64,000 bases of DNA from NCBI GenBank assembly GCA_918797485.1, contig CAKKNE010000001.1, positions 2,356,001 through 2,420,000 of the forward strand. Reading direction: 5' to 3'. Positions 51,685 to 60,875 of this stretch are shown piece after piece. The notes under the pieces were generated by a model. The model was given only the letters and a program-made list of their open reading frames with translations, was not told the DNA's origin and did no database searches. The stretch's first letter is position 1; each line of letters opens with the position of its first letter. Source of the DNA: Pelagomonas calceolata (taxonomy: Eukaryota). The position numbers and the translations under genes are program-made.

Positions 51685-51730
51685 GTGCAAAAAGTGGTCC
51701 TGCGATCACCAGCATCCTCATTTACATACC

Positions 51731-51746
51731 GGTTTTTACAAAAACC
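51731..51746 (+). terminator. Histone 3' stem-loop (H2A)
   Basis: GGTTTT-TACA-AAAACC followed by ACCC. Confidence 0.85.
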
Positions 51747-52327
51747 ACCCTGTTCCTCGAAGTTCCGGTCGGAGGAGGCTGCCCCCGGCGCTGCACCGTC
51801 GCCCGCGCTCCCGTTACCTGTGTGGCCTCGCCGCCGGCGCTTCTTGCGGGGCGCGCAGTTCCCCTGGCTCGTCTGCGGCATTCCCCGTTGGTGCTTCTCC
51901 TCCCTCCCATGCCTATCAGGTTTTGACCTGCCTATTTAAGACATACTAGCCCCCTCAGAGCTACGAAGCAGTGTCTTGAGAAGGGCTGAGAACACGCCCG
52001 CAACCCCGTGGACCACCGTGCAAGAACCAGAACCCTTCACTAAATACCCCTCCCGCAGCCCTGGCCCGACAAGAGCGCCCCTCGCCCGCTAGGAGCCTCA
52101 TACGATCCATAAGTGCTCCGAGAGTAACGAGCGCGTGCGCGCGAGATTACGGCCTCAAATGGGTCTCGCGGCGGGCCTCGGCGGACGCCGCACCGCAAGC
52201 CGCACTGACCGGAGGCGCCTCGTCGCGCGCCGAGAGGAGACGCGGACGCGGATCGCCCCCGCAGGCCGCCGCAGCGCACCTACTACACGAACCCGACGCC
52301 ACCACGGCGCCCCTCCGCACCACAAAC

Positions 52328-52612
52328 ATGTCGTCCGGCCTCCAGCAGGGGAGCAAGGCCGCGATGAAGGCCGCCGCGTCCGACGGCGTGCCGCACCACA
52401 AGTCCGAGGGCGCCGCGCCCGCGACGAAGACGAAGGGCGACGGCCACAGCCGCAACATCCTGCGCAAGGGCGGCCCCGCCGTCGAGCGCAAGGCCGGCAC
52501 GTCCGGCCACGCGCTCCAGGACCCGTCCATGGAGGGCGCGCCGCCGGTCGACCCCGGCGACCCGAACTTCGAGTCGCCCGACGACCCGGAGCGGGTGTCC
52601 TCGAAGGACTAG
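52328..52612 (+). CDS. Small hydrophilic protein (94 aa) with DPNF(E/D)S motif
   Basis: Very high GC3 and an ACAAACATG start context. RKGG...DPGDPNFES resembles the PDCD4/MA3 N-terminal segment. Confidence 0.65.
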   Translation: MSSGLQQGSKAAMKAAASDGVPHHKSEGAAPATKTKGDGHSRNILRKGGPAVERKAGTSGHALQDPSMEGAPPVDPGDPNFESPDDPERVSSKD

Positions 52613-52683
52613 AATTAGTGGAGCGGCCCTCTGCAGGCGCACAAGACGCTCGCGAGGCCTAACGTGTTCCGTATCTCGAATCA

Positions 52684-54252
52684 TTAGTTCTTACGCGCCT
52701 TCGACGGCGTGTCCTGCTCGCCGCTCAGCCAGTTGAAGAAGTCGAGCGTCTCGGGCTTCTCCGACTCGGCCGCCGCGGCGTAGGCGACGTCCGCCTTCTC
52801 GGCCGCCTTCGCCCGACGGATGGCCGCGGGCTGGATGTCCGCGGTGGGCCCGACGAAGCCGCCCGCGTCTTCATCAGAACGCCAGGGCGAGGCCGGCGGC
52901 GTCGGGGCCTCCGGCGCGGCGCGCGGGTCCGACGGCGAGGCCGGCCGCCGCGTCGGGCTCGCCTCCGTCGGCTTTTTTATCCAGCTCGTGTCGCGTTTCG
53001 CGCGCGGCGACTTCAGGAGCTTTTTTTGGACCGTCGACGGCGATCCTGACGTCCGGAAGATCGATGGCACCGCCGCGGGCGCCGGAGGCTCGGGAGCGGG
53101 CGCGGGCGGCGCCGGCGCGGGTGGCGCCGGCGCAGGCGGCGCCGGCGCCGGCGGCGCCCGCGGTGCCGCGGCCGGTTCCGGCGCGGCGGCGGGTGCCGGC
53201 GCCGGCGGCGATCCGAAGACGGGCGGCGGCCCGCCCGCGGCGGCGGCCGGCGTCGGCGGGTCCTCCACCAACGCGAACTCGGGCGACGTCGCGGGCGGCG
53301 CCGGCGCATCATCTAAGACGCGCACGAAGGTTAATTCGAGCGGCCGCGGCGCCGCGGAGAGCTTCCGCAATAATCCCGCGAAGTCGTCGCGTGGAAAGGG
53401 CACGGGGACCTTGTCGTCGCCGACGCGGAGCAGCGCGTCGCCCGGCGCGAGAGCTAAAAAGTGGGGGCACGTTTGCGCGACGCGCTGGACGCGGATCCAG
53501 CCGTCCTTCCACAACCCGAGCGTGAAGCCGAGCTTCGGCGTCTTGAACGCGAGAGTGGTGTTGCGCACCTTGTCGCGGTGCACGAGGCGGAAGGAGCCCT
53601 CGCGCGCGGGGCGGTCCGTCTGTGTTACTGGTGCGGGCGGGGGCATGGCCGCCGCGGGCCTTTGTTGTGGCTTGGGCGCCGGCGGCTTGGCGGCAGCTGC
53701 CGGCGCCGTCGGCGGCTTGGCGGCGGCCGCCGGCGCGGGCCGTGCGGCCGCCGGCGCGGGCGCCGGCGGCGTGGCGACGAACGTCTCGGTCGGGTGCGTC
53801 ACGATGCCGAGCTCGCGCCGCCGCGGTTTCGCCGGCGCCGGCGCCGGCGCGGGCCGAGCCGCGGCGGCCGGCGCCGGCGCCGCCGGCGCCGGAGGCTGCC
53901 GAGCTGCCGGCGCGGTTTTTGCTGTGGACGGCGCGGGCCGAGCCGCAGCGGCCGCCGGCGCGGGCGCCGGCGCCGCGGGTGCCGGAGGCTGCCGAGCCGC
54001 CGGCTTGGCCGGCTTGGCCGGCGCCGGCGCCGGAGGCTTCGCTGCCGGCGCAGCCGCCGCCGGCTTGTCGAACGGCACGCGGATCTGGGCGCGCGTCGGC
54101 GACCGGCCGCGCGGCGCCGCGGCCTTGGCTTTAGCCTTGGCCTTGGGACTGCTCTTGAAAGAGAAGAGACCGCGCAGGCGCTCGACGCTCAGCGAGCGCC
54201 GCTTCTTCTTCTTGAGCTGGGGCCAGCGTTCGACCTCTTCCTTCTGCTCCAT
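52684..54252 (-). CDS. Pro/Ala-rich protein with central PDZ-like domain
   Basis: KLGFTLG...IRVQRV...LAPGDALLRVG...PRPLELTF. Confidence 0.7.
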   Translation of the reverse strand: MEQKEEVERWPQLKKKKRRSLSVERLRGLFSFKSSPKAKAKAKAAAPRGRSPTRAQIRVPFDKPAAAAPAAKPPAPAPAKPAKPAARQPPAPAAPAPAPAAAAARPAPSTAKTAPAARQPPAPAAPAPAAAARPAPAPAPAKPRRRELGIVTHPTETFVATPPAPAPAAARPAPAAAAKPPTAPAAAAKPPAPKPQQRPAAAMPPPAPVTQTDRPAREGSFRLVHRDKVRNTTLAFKTPKLGFTLGLWKDGWIRVQRVAQTCPHFLALAPGDALLRVGDDKVPVPFPRDDFAGLLRKLSAAPRPLELTFVRVLDDAPAPPATSPEFALVEDPPTPAAAAGGPPPVFGSPPAPAPAAAPEPAAAPRAPPAPAPPAPAPPAPAPPAPAPEPPAPAAVPSIFRTSGSPSTVQKKLLKSPRAKRDTSWIKKPTEASPTRRPASPSDPRAAPEAPTPPASPWRSDEDAGGFVGPTADIQPAAIRRAKAAEKADVAYAAAAESEKPETLDFFNWLSGEQDTPSKARKN

Positions 54253-54562
54253 GGTGGGCAGCGTTTGCCACGGATGATGGCTTTGTTTTCAGCCCTTGGT
54301 TTGGGCACGCTTTGACATCATCGCAATCGTCCTCGGGACCGCGCGACGAGTCCGGAGAGCGCTCTTCATGCTACTCGTACCAAGGCGCATACGGGTTTGC
54401 TAGTATGTCTCACTCTATCTCTGCCAGCCCCAAGCGACGCAAAAGTCGCAATTGCTACCCCTATCGCTGCCGCCGGGCTGCAGAAAGTACAAAGGCATCA
54501 CCCCTGCTCCGCGTGCTGCCGCTGCGCACCGCTACTCCGATCTCTAACTCGCATAGATCACC

Positions 54563-55861
54563 ATGGGTCGCGTCGCGCGCCGCCGCAGCGCCAAGCGCCG
54601 TCGCATGCGCCCGTATACTACGATCGACGGCCTCCTGCGGGCGGCCCGGCGCCACGCACTACAGTCCACGGCCGCGCCGTCGCTGCCGCTGCCATTCCGG
54701 ACGCCGCAGCTGCGGCCGGCGAGGAATGCAGTGCGCGTTGTACGCCATTTGTCCGGACTAGGAGCCGTGGCCGCGAAGGACCTGCCCGCGGGCACGACGC
54801 TCGTGTGCGAGAAGGCGTTGGCCATGGTCCTCGACGCGCAAGTTGACAGCATAACTGAGGACGACACGGACACGAATCCAAACAAGGTTCATTACATCCC
54901 AAGTGGCGGCGACAACGCCGACAGCGCGTTGCTCATTTTGAGAATCGCCTCCCGCATAAATGAAGAGCCTTCATTCGTAGAGGAGCTGTCCATGCTCTTT
55001 CCTCGCACTGATGACGACCTGTCCAAGTTGAGACCGTGGAGCTGCGCGCCGCACCTCCGGAGCCTCGTCGACGCGGCCCTCTCCACTTTAGATGACTCGC
55101 TCGCAAAGCGCTTGCCGCACATCGTGCGCTACAACGCGGTCTCCTGCGAGACCGGTGGTGAGTTATACTCTCATGCGACGTCTTCCGAAGCACTACTGTC
55201 GGGCATCGCCTTGTTTCGGGATTCCTCGGTGTTCAACCATAGTAATGAACCCAATGTGGCGAGGTGGCACTGCGGCGACGTCGTCTGTTTCCGGACAAAT
55301 CGGGCCGTCGCAGCCGGCGAGGCCTTGACGGTGAGCTACGTGGCGTCGCCTTTACTCCCCGACCCCGCAGCGGCGCGCGGCGCGCTGGCCCACTTCGACT
55401 TTGTGGCCGATGGCGAGGAGGCGTCGCCGGCGGTGGACGCAGAGGCCCAGGCTCAACTGATGATGCTCTCGCCGTCGGAGCGCCTGGCGACGATCGCGCA
55501 AGCCGAGGCCGCGGCATCGCTGTTCGCCGACCGCTTGGAGTTGACAATACAAAAAGCGGCCGCGCTCCAGGCGTCCGGCGACGCCGGCGCCGCCGCCGAG
55601 GCGTGGCTCACTGCTGTACTCGCGGCCTCGGAGTGGCTGCCGCCGAACGACGAGCAGGTCGCGGCGATCGGCGTCCAGTGCGCGAAGGCTCTGGCCCACG
55701 CGGACGGTTTGGAGGCGGCCCGAGCGGTCCTCAAGGCCGCCTACGCGTCGCATTCAATTTCGTTCGGGCCCGGCGTGCGGTTGTTTGCGAGGCGCTACGA
55801 GGCCGATCTCCTGCTGCCGCCCGAGGCGCCCGAAGAGTTGCTAATCACATTGGTCACTTAA
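54563..55861 (+). CDS. SMYD-like SET-domain methyltransferase
   Basis: GLGAVAAKDLPAGTTL, FNHSNEPN and AGEALTVSY motifs, plus a helical C-terminus. Confidence 0.85.
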   Translation: MGRVARRRSAKRRRMRPYTTIDGLLRAARRHALQSTAAPSLPLPFRTPQLRPARNAVRVVRHLSGLGAVAAKDLPAGTTLVCEKALAMVLDAQVDSITEDDTDTNPNKVHYIPSGGDNADSALLILRIASRINEEPSFVEELSMLFPRTDDDLSKLRPWSCAPHLRSLVDAALSTLDDSLAKRLPHIVRYNAVSCETGGELYSHATSSEALLSGIALFRDSSVFNHSNEPNVARWHCGDVVCFRTNRAVAAGEALTVSYVASPLLPDPAAARGALAHFDFVADGEEASPAVDAEAQAQLMMLSPSERLATIAQAEAAASLFADRLELTIQKAAALQASGDAGAAAEAWLTAVLAASEWLPPNDEQVAAIGVQCAKALAHADGLEAARAVLKAAYASHSISFGPGVRLFARRYEADLLLPPEAPEELLITLVT

Positions 55862-55951
55862 TCATAACATGTCCCGTCGACTGTGGGGGGGAGCGGTCGC
55901 CTCGCGCTCGTCTCGACGGCGGTCGAAGGCGCGAAGTCCCCCGTGGAGTAA

Positions 55952-57625
55952 TCACAACCCGGTCTGCCCCCTGCCTTTAATATGGGACCGCTGGAAGTCT
56001 CGAGAACGGCCGTCGTACTGGTAGGCCGCCAGGCGCTTGTTCAATATATTGGACTTGGTCAGGTTCCGCGCGGGCGGGTAGTAGGCCGTGAATAACGCAT
56101 TGGCCAGCTTACGAGCCCTTTCCGCATCAGTAGTAGCCAACAGCGCGAGTAAAGCCTTCCGCTTCGAATCTTCCAGCCTCCCGGAAGTCTGGGGCCCGTA
56201 CAACATCGGAGGTTGCTCGCCCGTCCTTTCGTCGACTTTCGGGAGAGGTCGGTCCTGGTTGCAGTCCAACAATAACACTAACTGCACCGCATCCCGGAAG
56301 GCCAACAACCCTTGATCAGTTTCAAATAACAACTGCTGCGCTTGGTACGTCTTTTGCGCGTGGTTCAGGTTAGCCAACTCCGCCTTCAAAGCAGGTGGCG
56401 CCGTCTTCATATCTAGATCAGCATGTTGCTTCTTGAATTGTTCGGCGGCTGTCTCATAGGCCTTCCGCTTATCGCTAAGAGCTTGGGAGGCATTGGACGT
56501 GAACCGGAAGTGGGCAAAGGCTAATTGAGTTTCATGTAACTGAGGCTTCCGCTCTACTTTATTCTCGCCGTCGTAGCATCCGGTTAAATGCGAAGATTCG
56601 AACTTTTGACGGTACACGAGCTTGCCCTCATCATCTTTACAGCCGGCGGAAGTCAAGACGTGCTTGAAGGGCCGCGCGTGCAATAAACAACCAGTGGCTC
56701 TCAAAGAATGGGGGTACTGGTGGAAGATACTACGAGCGCCAATGTCCGCGTCCGTCCATCGTGATGGCGAGAAGGGAGCAGGTGGTGGTACGACTTCTTC
56801 TAACCTCCATGTGCGCGCGATCCTATCATACATCTCGCCACCCACAAAATCAGCGGGTCTTTGCCTATTAGGGTGCCAGGGCGCGTCCCGGTAATGGGGC
56901 GTCGTCGCCGCCAACTGTCGCAACCAAGCGAATTCTGGTAATGAAGTATCTGCGACTATAGAAGCCGCCATCGGGCCGTCCACCGACTGTCGAGCCATAT
57001 GGTCCACGAGCGGTAATACCCTACCGCCCCAGTAGCAGGGGTAGGCGAAGAACTCGTCTAGGTCCGGGTACACCAGCCACGCCTCTAGGGGTAACTCTTG
57101 TAAGTACTCATTCACGGCCGCAGTTTTTAGTTGCGACGAATAGGAAGACACATACCGCAACGACTCAGAAGGTACGCGATAGTCCCGGAAGACTTTTGCG
57201 GTTCTCTCGGCGTCCGTCGCACTACCTGGTTCTACTTTAACACCATGTATGACAAAGCGAGATCGAGAGAAATCAATACCAGCAGCACCATACCACCGCA
57301 GAAAATGCGCCAATAGTCCGGGCGAATCATCTCGTAAATAGGAAAAGAGGTAGAACTTCGGGTCGCCCGGTACATTAGTAGGTAATGCGCACGCGCGCGG
57401 TTTTCTCGATCTTCGTTCGAAGTTTCCCCACTCGACGTCCGTGAGTAAATGTAAAGGCCTCCCGTAGTACTTGTAGGGCGCGTAGTACAACCGCTCCACG
57501 ATGCGTTTCTGTTCGGCGAGCTTCTCCTTCTCCTTCAACTCTTTGGACTTTTTGTGGGCCTTCGACATGCGCGCGTTCGGTGTGAGGCATAGGGAAGCGA
57601 GGATGATGAGACGGAGCGCCATCAT
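55952..57625 (-). CDS. Secretory GT-A fold glycosyltransferase-like protein
   Basis: Signal peptide, LLAHFLRWY..AGI and DxD-type WLVYPDLDEF (Glyco_tranf_2_4/GT92-like pattern). Confidence 0.7.
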   Translation of the reverse strand: MMALRLIILASLCLTPNARMSKAHKKSKELKEKEKLAEQKRIVERLYYAPYKYYGRPLHLLTDVEWGNFERRSRKPRACALPTNVPGDPKFYLFSYLRDDSPGLLAHFLRWYGAAGIDFSRSRFVIHGVKVEPGSATDAERTAKVFRDYRVPSESLRYVSSYSSQLKTAAVNEYLQELPLEAWLVYPDLDEFFAYPCYWGGRVLPLVDHMARQSVDGPMAASIVADTSLPEFAWLRQLAATTPHYRDAPWHPNRQRPADFVGGEMYDRIARTWRLEEVVPPPAPFSPSRWTDADIGARSIFHQYPHSLRATGCLLHARPFKHVLTSAGCKDDEGKLVYRQKFESSHLTGCYDGENKVERKPQLHETQLAFAHFRFTSNASQALSDKRKAYETAAEQFKKQHADLDMKTAPPALKAELANLNHAQKTYQAQQLLFETDQGLLAFRDAVQLVLLLDCNQDRPLPKVDERTGEQPPMLYGPQTSGRLEDSKRKALLALLATTDAERARKLANALFTAYYPPARNLTKSNILNKRLAAYQYDGRSRDFQRSHIKGRGQTGL

Positions 57626-57853
57626 CCTTTGCGCGCGCGGTGGCTTGGCGCGGGTGCGCTGTCAAATGCGCGCGGTCAATATTGGGCCGCACGCGCTGTG
57701 CGCAGGGTCAGCGCTTTGTGTGCCGCGCCAGGCGCAGGGCTCGAAAATTTTGGTACCCTCGTCGTCTGCGGGCTGCGGCGAATGCGTCAGCTGTCTGCAA
57801 GGGCGCGCAGCGAGCGTAAGCCACCGAATTGCGGCTGCGGGCAAAAATCTCTT

Positions 57854-57876
57854 GCTAGTGTCTTACTGCCGCTAGC
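57854..57876 (+). promoter_or_regulatory. CTAG-bounded motif 1
   Basis: GCTAGTGTCTTACTGCCGCTAGC. Confidence 0.6.
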
Positions 57877-58046
57877 ACCAACGGCCCTCAATTCGCTGCA
57901 AAAGCGCTGAGCGTGCTGCTGGTAGCACAACGATATTCATATATAGCCCTTCGCGCGCACCAGCGAGAAACGTGCGAAAAAGGTGCCGGATTGACAACAA
58001 CAGCCCCTCAGGAGGCATATAGCGCAGCCGCCGCGCAGCCGCAGCG

Positions 58047-59537
58047 ATGCCGTCGCGCGCGCACGCGTGGACGCTGCGCTACCTACGGCTCTGCGGCGTC
58101 GCGCTACCCTTATTGCTCGTGCTGCACGCGACGCGCGGGCCTACCGTGCGCGAGCCGGCCGTCTCGCCCACAGCTGATGATGCCCTCCACGCCGTCGACG
58201 CGACGCCTGCTCGATGGCGTGGGTTCGCGCGGCGCGGCCGCCAACTGCTGCGCGCGCGCGACATCTTCGGCAAGAAGGAGACGGAGCGGCGGCCGCGATC
58301 GAGACGAAGCGAATCGAGACATCTGCCGGCCTTCGAGACGGAGCGGCGCGGCAGTACCGTGGTTCGAGCCGACGCGACGCCGGAGAACTTGCGGTTGCTC
58401 TACGCCATCATGGCGTATGATCGCAAGCAGCACATCCACCTGCTGACGATGCTCCACTCGGCCGTGAGCATGTGCGAGGGTGGGTTGAGGGTTACTATAC
58501 TGCTGTATACGGCTGATAGCAACCCCTACACGCCCAAAGAACGCGAGGAACTCCAAGCGCTATGTGATTCGTGTACGGGAAGAACAGGCGGTACCCTCGC
58601 GCTAGAAAACATCGCCGTGGACGCCCAACTCAAGTTCGACGCGACGATGCAACATAGGAAGGAATTTTTGAGAAGGATCGATGAATACGATTTATTTGTC
58701 TACAGCGAGGACGACGTCCATATCGAGTTGAGGCACATCGCGGCCTATGTGGAAGCGTCATCTCACCTAGCTAGATCAGAAGACGGCCACAAGTACGTGC
58801 TGGGCTGGCAGCGGCTGGAGAGAAATGGCATTGGATTGGGAGCCGAACACGTCATGTGGGAGAACGGTGTAGATAATTATCACGGCGTCGAGGTCGGTGG
58901 TCGGTTGTACGCGACGATGGTCAATCCTCATGCGGGCGCGTGGATGGCTACACGTGCGGAACTAAAAGCTCATCACAAGCAGTGTCGGATACTCCACATC
59001 CCGAAGACCGCGGGATCCTTTACGAGAGTACGAGCGGGAGGTTGGAATTTGTACATGAACTGTGGTCGACGTAAAGTGTTACCGGTTCGTAATTTCCAGA
59101 ACTTTTTGGTGCACCATTTACCGGACAAGAACTGGTGGCAGCGGAGCGAATGCGCCGTCGCCGTTCCCGACCTGTTGGCGCATTTCCGAGGATGGAACGA
59201 GAGATATGCGAGGGGCGATCGGTCCATGGTCTGTGGAAGATGGTGGATCCCAGGCGATTTTTGTAGAGATGAGTTGCAGGTGGTCCCCGCGGGTGAGCGC
59301 AAGAAGCGTTTTGGCATCAAGGGCTCGTGCACGGTCTGGCGCAACCGAACGTCGGGCGAGGAGACAATTACATTACCAAATGAAAAGATGAAGCGGCTCG
59401 CGGCGATCGTACAAGCAAGAGAGGACGCCGGGTCACGCGCGGCGAAAAATCTTAGAGTCGTGGCGTCTTCCGGCGGCGACGGGCGGTCGATTAGTTCGAG
59501 GCGGTTCCGCGGGAGCATGCTTCGTCATGGTGGGTAA
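58047..59537 (+). CDS. Type II membrane glycosyltransferase-like protein
   Basis: N-terminal anchor, YDLFVYSEDD (xEDD), NPHAGAW and LVHH. Confidence 0.65.
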   Translation: MPSRAHAWTLRYLRLCGVALPLLLVLHATRGPTVREPAVSPTADDALHAVDATPARWRGFARRGRQLLRARDIFGKKETERRPRSRRSESRHLPAFETERRGSTVVRADATPENLRLLYAIMAYDRKQHIHLLTMLHSAVSMCEGGLRVTILLYTADSNPYTPKEREELQALCDSCTGRTGGTLALENIAVDAQLKFDATMQHRKEFLRRIDEYDLFVYSEDDVHIELRHIAAYVEASSHLARSEDGHKYVLGWQRLERNGIGLGAEHVMWENGVDNYHGVEVGGRLYATMVNPHAGAWMATRAELKAHHKQCRILHIPKTAGSFTRVRAGGWNLYMNCGRRKVLPVRNFQNFLVHHLPDKNWWQRSECAVAVPDLLAHFRGWNERYARGDRSMVCGRWWIPGDFCRDELQVVPAGERKKRFGIKGSCTVWRNRTSGEETITLPNEKMKRLAAIVQAREDAGSRAAKNLRVVASSGGDGRSISSRRFRGSMLRHGG

Positions 59538-59567
59538 GTTATAGTATGTGTGATTCGATTGATCCGT

Positions 59568-59591
59568 ACTAGTGTCTTACCGAGCGCTAGG
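59568..59591 (+). promoter_or_regulatory. CTAG-bounded motif 1
   Basis: ACTAGTGTCTTACCGAGCGCTAGG. Confidence 0.6.
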
Positions 59592-59808
59592 CCAAAAAAA
59601 TCGTGGTTTCATCGGCATCCAAGCTGCCGATACAAGCAGCGAGCGATAGATCTGTCCGTCCGGAACCAAAATCTAGCAGCTGTTGTCCGTCGCCGCTCGC
59701 CGGGCACCAATCGGCGCACAATAAAACACATACACCACCACCCCAAAAAAAGGCTGCCAGCACCTTCACGCTGCCATATAAAAAATTAAGGACCACCCGA
59801 CCGGCGCG

Positions 59809-60822
59809 ATGGACCCGCGGAGGTTGGTCAGGTGGTTGGATGTCGGGGCATGTATACTTTTGTACATGACGGTCGGGCCCGCCCTCATCCTCGTCAATAA
59901 ACAAATCCTGACGACGTACGGCTTCGGCTACCCCATGTTGGTGAGCGGTTTAGGACAGGCATCGTCCGCCATCGGCGCGACCTTCGTCGTGAAAATCATG
60001 AAGTGGCAGCCGTTGTCGGACCAGGCCCAAAAAATGACGTGGAGTTTCTACCGACGGAACATGGTGGTCGTCGGCGCGGCCTTCGCCGCTTCCTTATGTT
60101 TCGGCAACGCGGGCTACATGTACCTGACCGTGTCCTTCGTGCAGATGCTGAAGGCGTTCACGCCGTGTGTCGTGGTGGCGATGCTTTACGTTACTGGAGT
60201 AGATTCGCCGTCGCAGAAAGTCTCATTGAGCGTGCTAGGCATGTCTTTGGGGACGGTAGTAGCTTCTCTAGGTGAAGCGAACTTCAATTTACTCGGATTC
60301 TTGATCATGTGCTGTGCGGAGACTGCAGAGGCTACAAGGTTAGTACTCACACAACGCCTATTGTGCAATTTGAGGTTCGGGGCCTTTGAAGGCTTGTATC
60401 TCATGGCGCCGATCTGTGCGCTCTGGATGTGGGGCCTGGCCTGCTTTCTCGAGGTGCCTCGCGTGATGGCGAAGGGCGACTTCCAACGCATCCGGGACCA
60501 CTTCCCGATCTTCTGTTTCGCGGCGTTGCTCGGTTTCGCCGTGAACGTGGCGTCCTTCCTCGTTATTAAGCGGACTTCCAGTGTTATGGTCAAATTGTTA
60601 GGAACAGCGCGGAACGCGGGGCTGGTCCTCTTCTCGGCTTTGGCGATGGGCGAGGAGGTCACGGGCCAGCAGGCGCTCGGCTACACGATCTGCCTCCTCT
60701 TCTTCGGCTGCTACAACTACTACAAGCTCACGGAGACGAAGGCGGTGCCTTCCCAAAGCGCGGCGGACGCCGAGGCGGGCGAGGCCGGCGAGGAGCTGCT
60801 GCGGGGCGCGGGGAAGAAGTAG
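59809..60822 (+). CDS. Nucleotide-sugar/triose-phosphate transporter family (SLC35/TPT)
   Basis: LILVNK, GN.GYMYLTVSFVQMLKAFTP and VIKRTSS motifs, ~10 TM helices, C-terminal GKK. Confidence 0.92.
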   Translation: MDPRRLVRWLDVGACILLYMTVGPALILVNKQILTTYGFGYPMLVSGLGQASSAIGATFVVKIMKWQPLSDQAQKMTWSFYRRNMVVVGAAFAASLCFGNAGYMYLTVSFVQMLKAFTPCVVVAMLYVTGVDSPSQKVSLSVLGMSLGTVVASLGEANFNLLGFLIMCCAETAEATRLVLTQRLLCNLRFGAFEGLYLMAPICALWMWGLACFLEVPRVMAKGDFQRIRDHFPIFCFAALLGFAVNVASFLVIKRTSSVMVKLLGTARNAGLVLFSALAMGEEVTGQQALGYTICLLFFGCYNYYKLTETKAVPSQSAADAEAGEAGEELLRGAGKK

Positions 60823-60875
60823 GTCGTGTCCTCCCCCGGTTGTCTAATCGCGTCGTACATACTTATGTTAGCGCC

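Noticed and set aside
51982..52012. TPP riboswitch (GCTGAGA)
   Set aside because: It lacks the downstream ACCTGA/pyrophosphate-sensing helix, and there is no thiamine gene nearby.
52820..54315. Long + strand Gly/Ala-rich ORFs
   Set aside because: Antisense shadows of the Pro/Ala-rich PDZ gene in GC-rich DNA.
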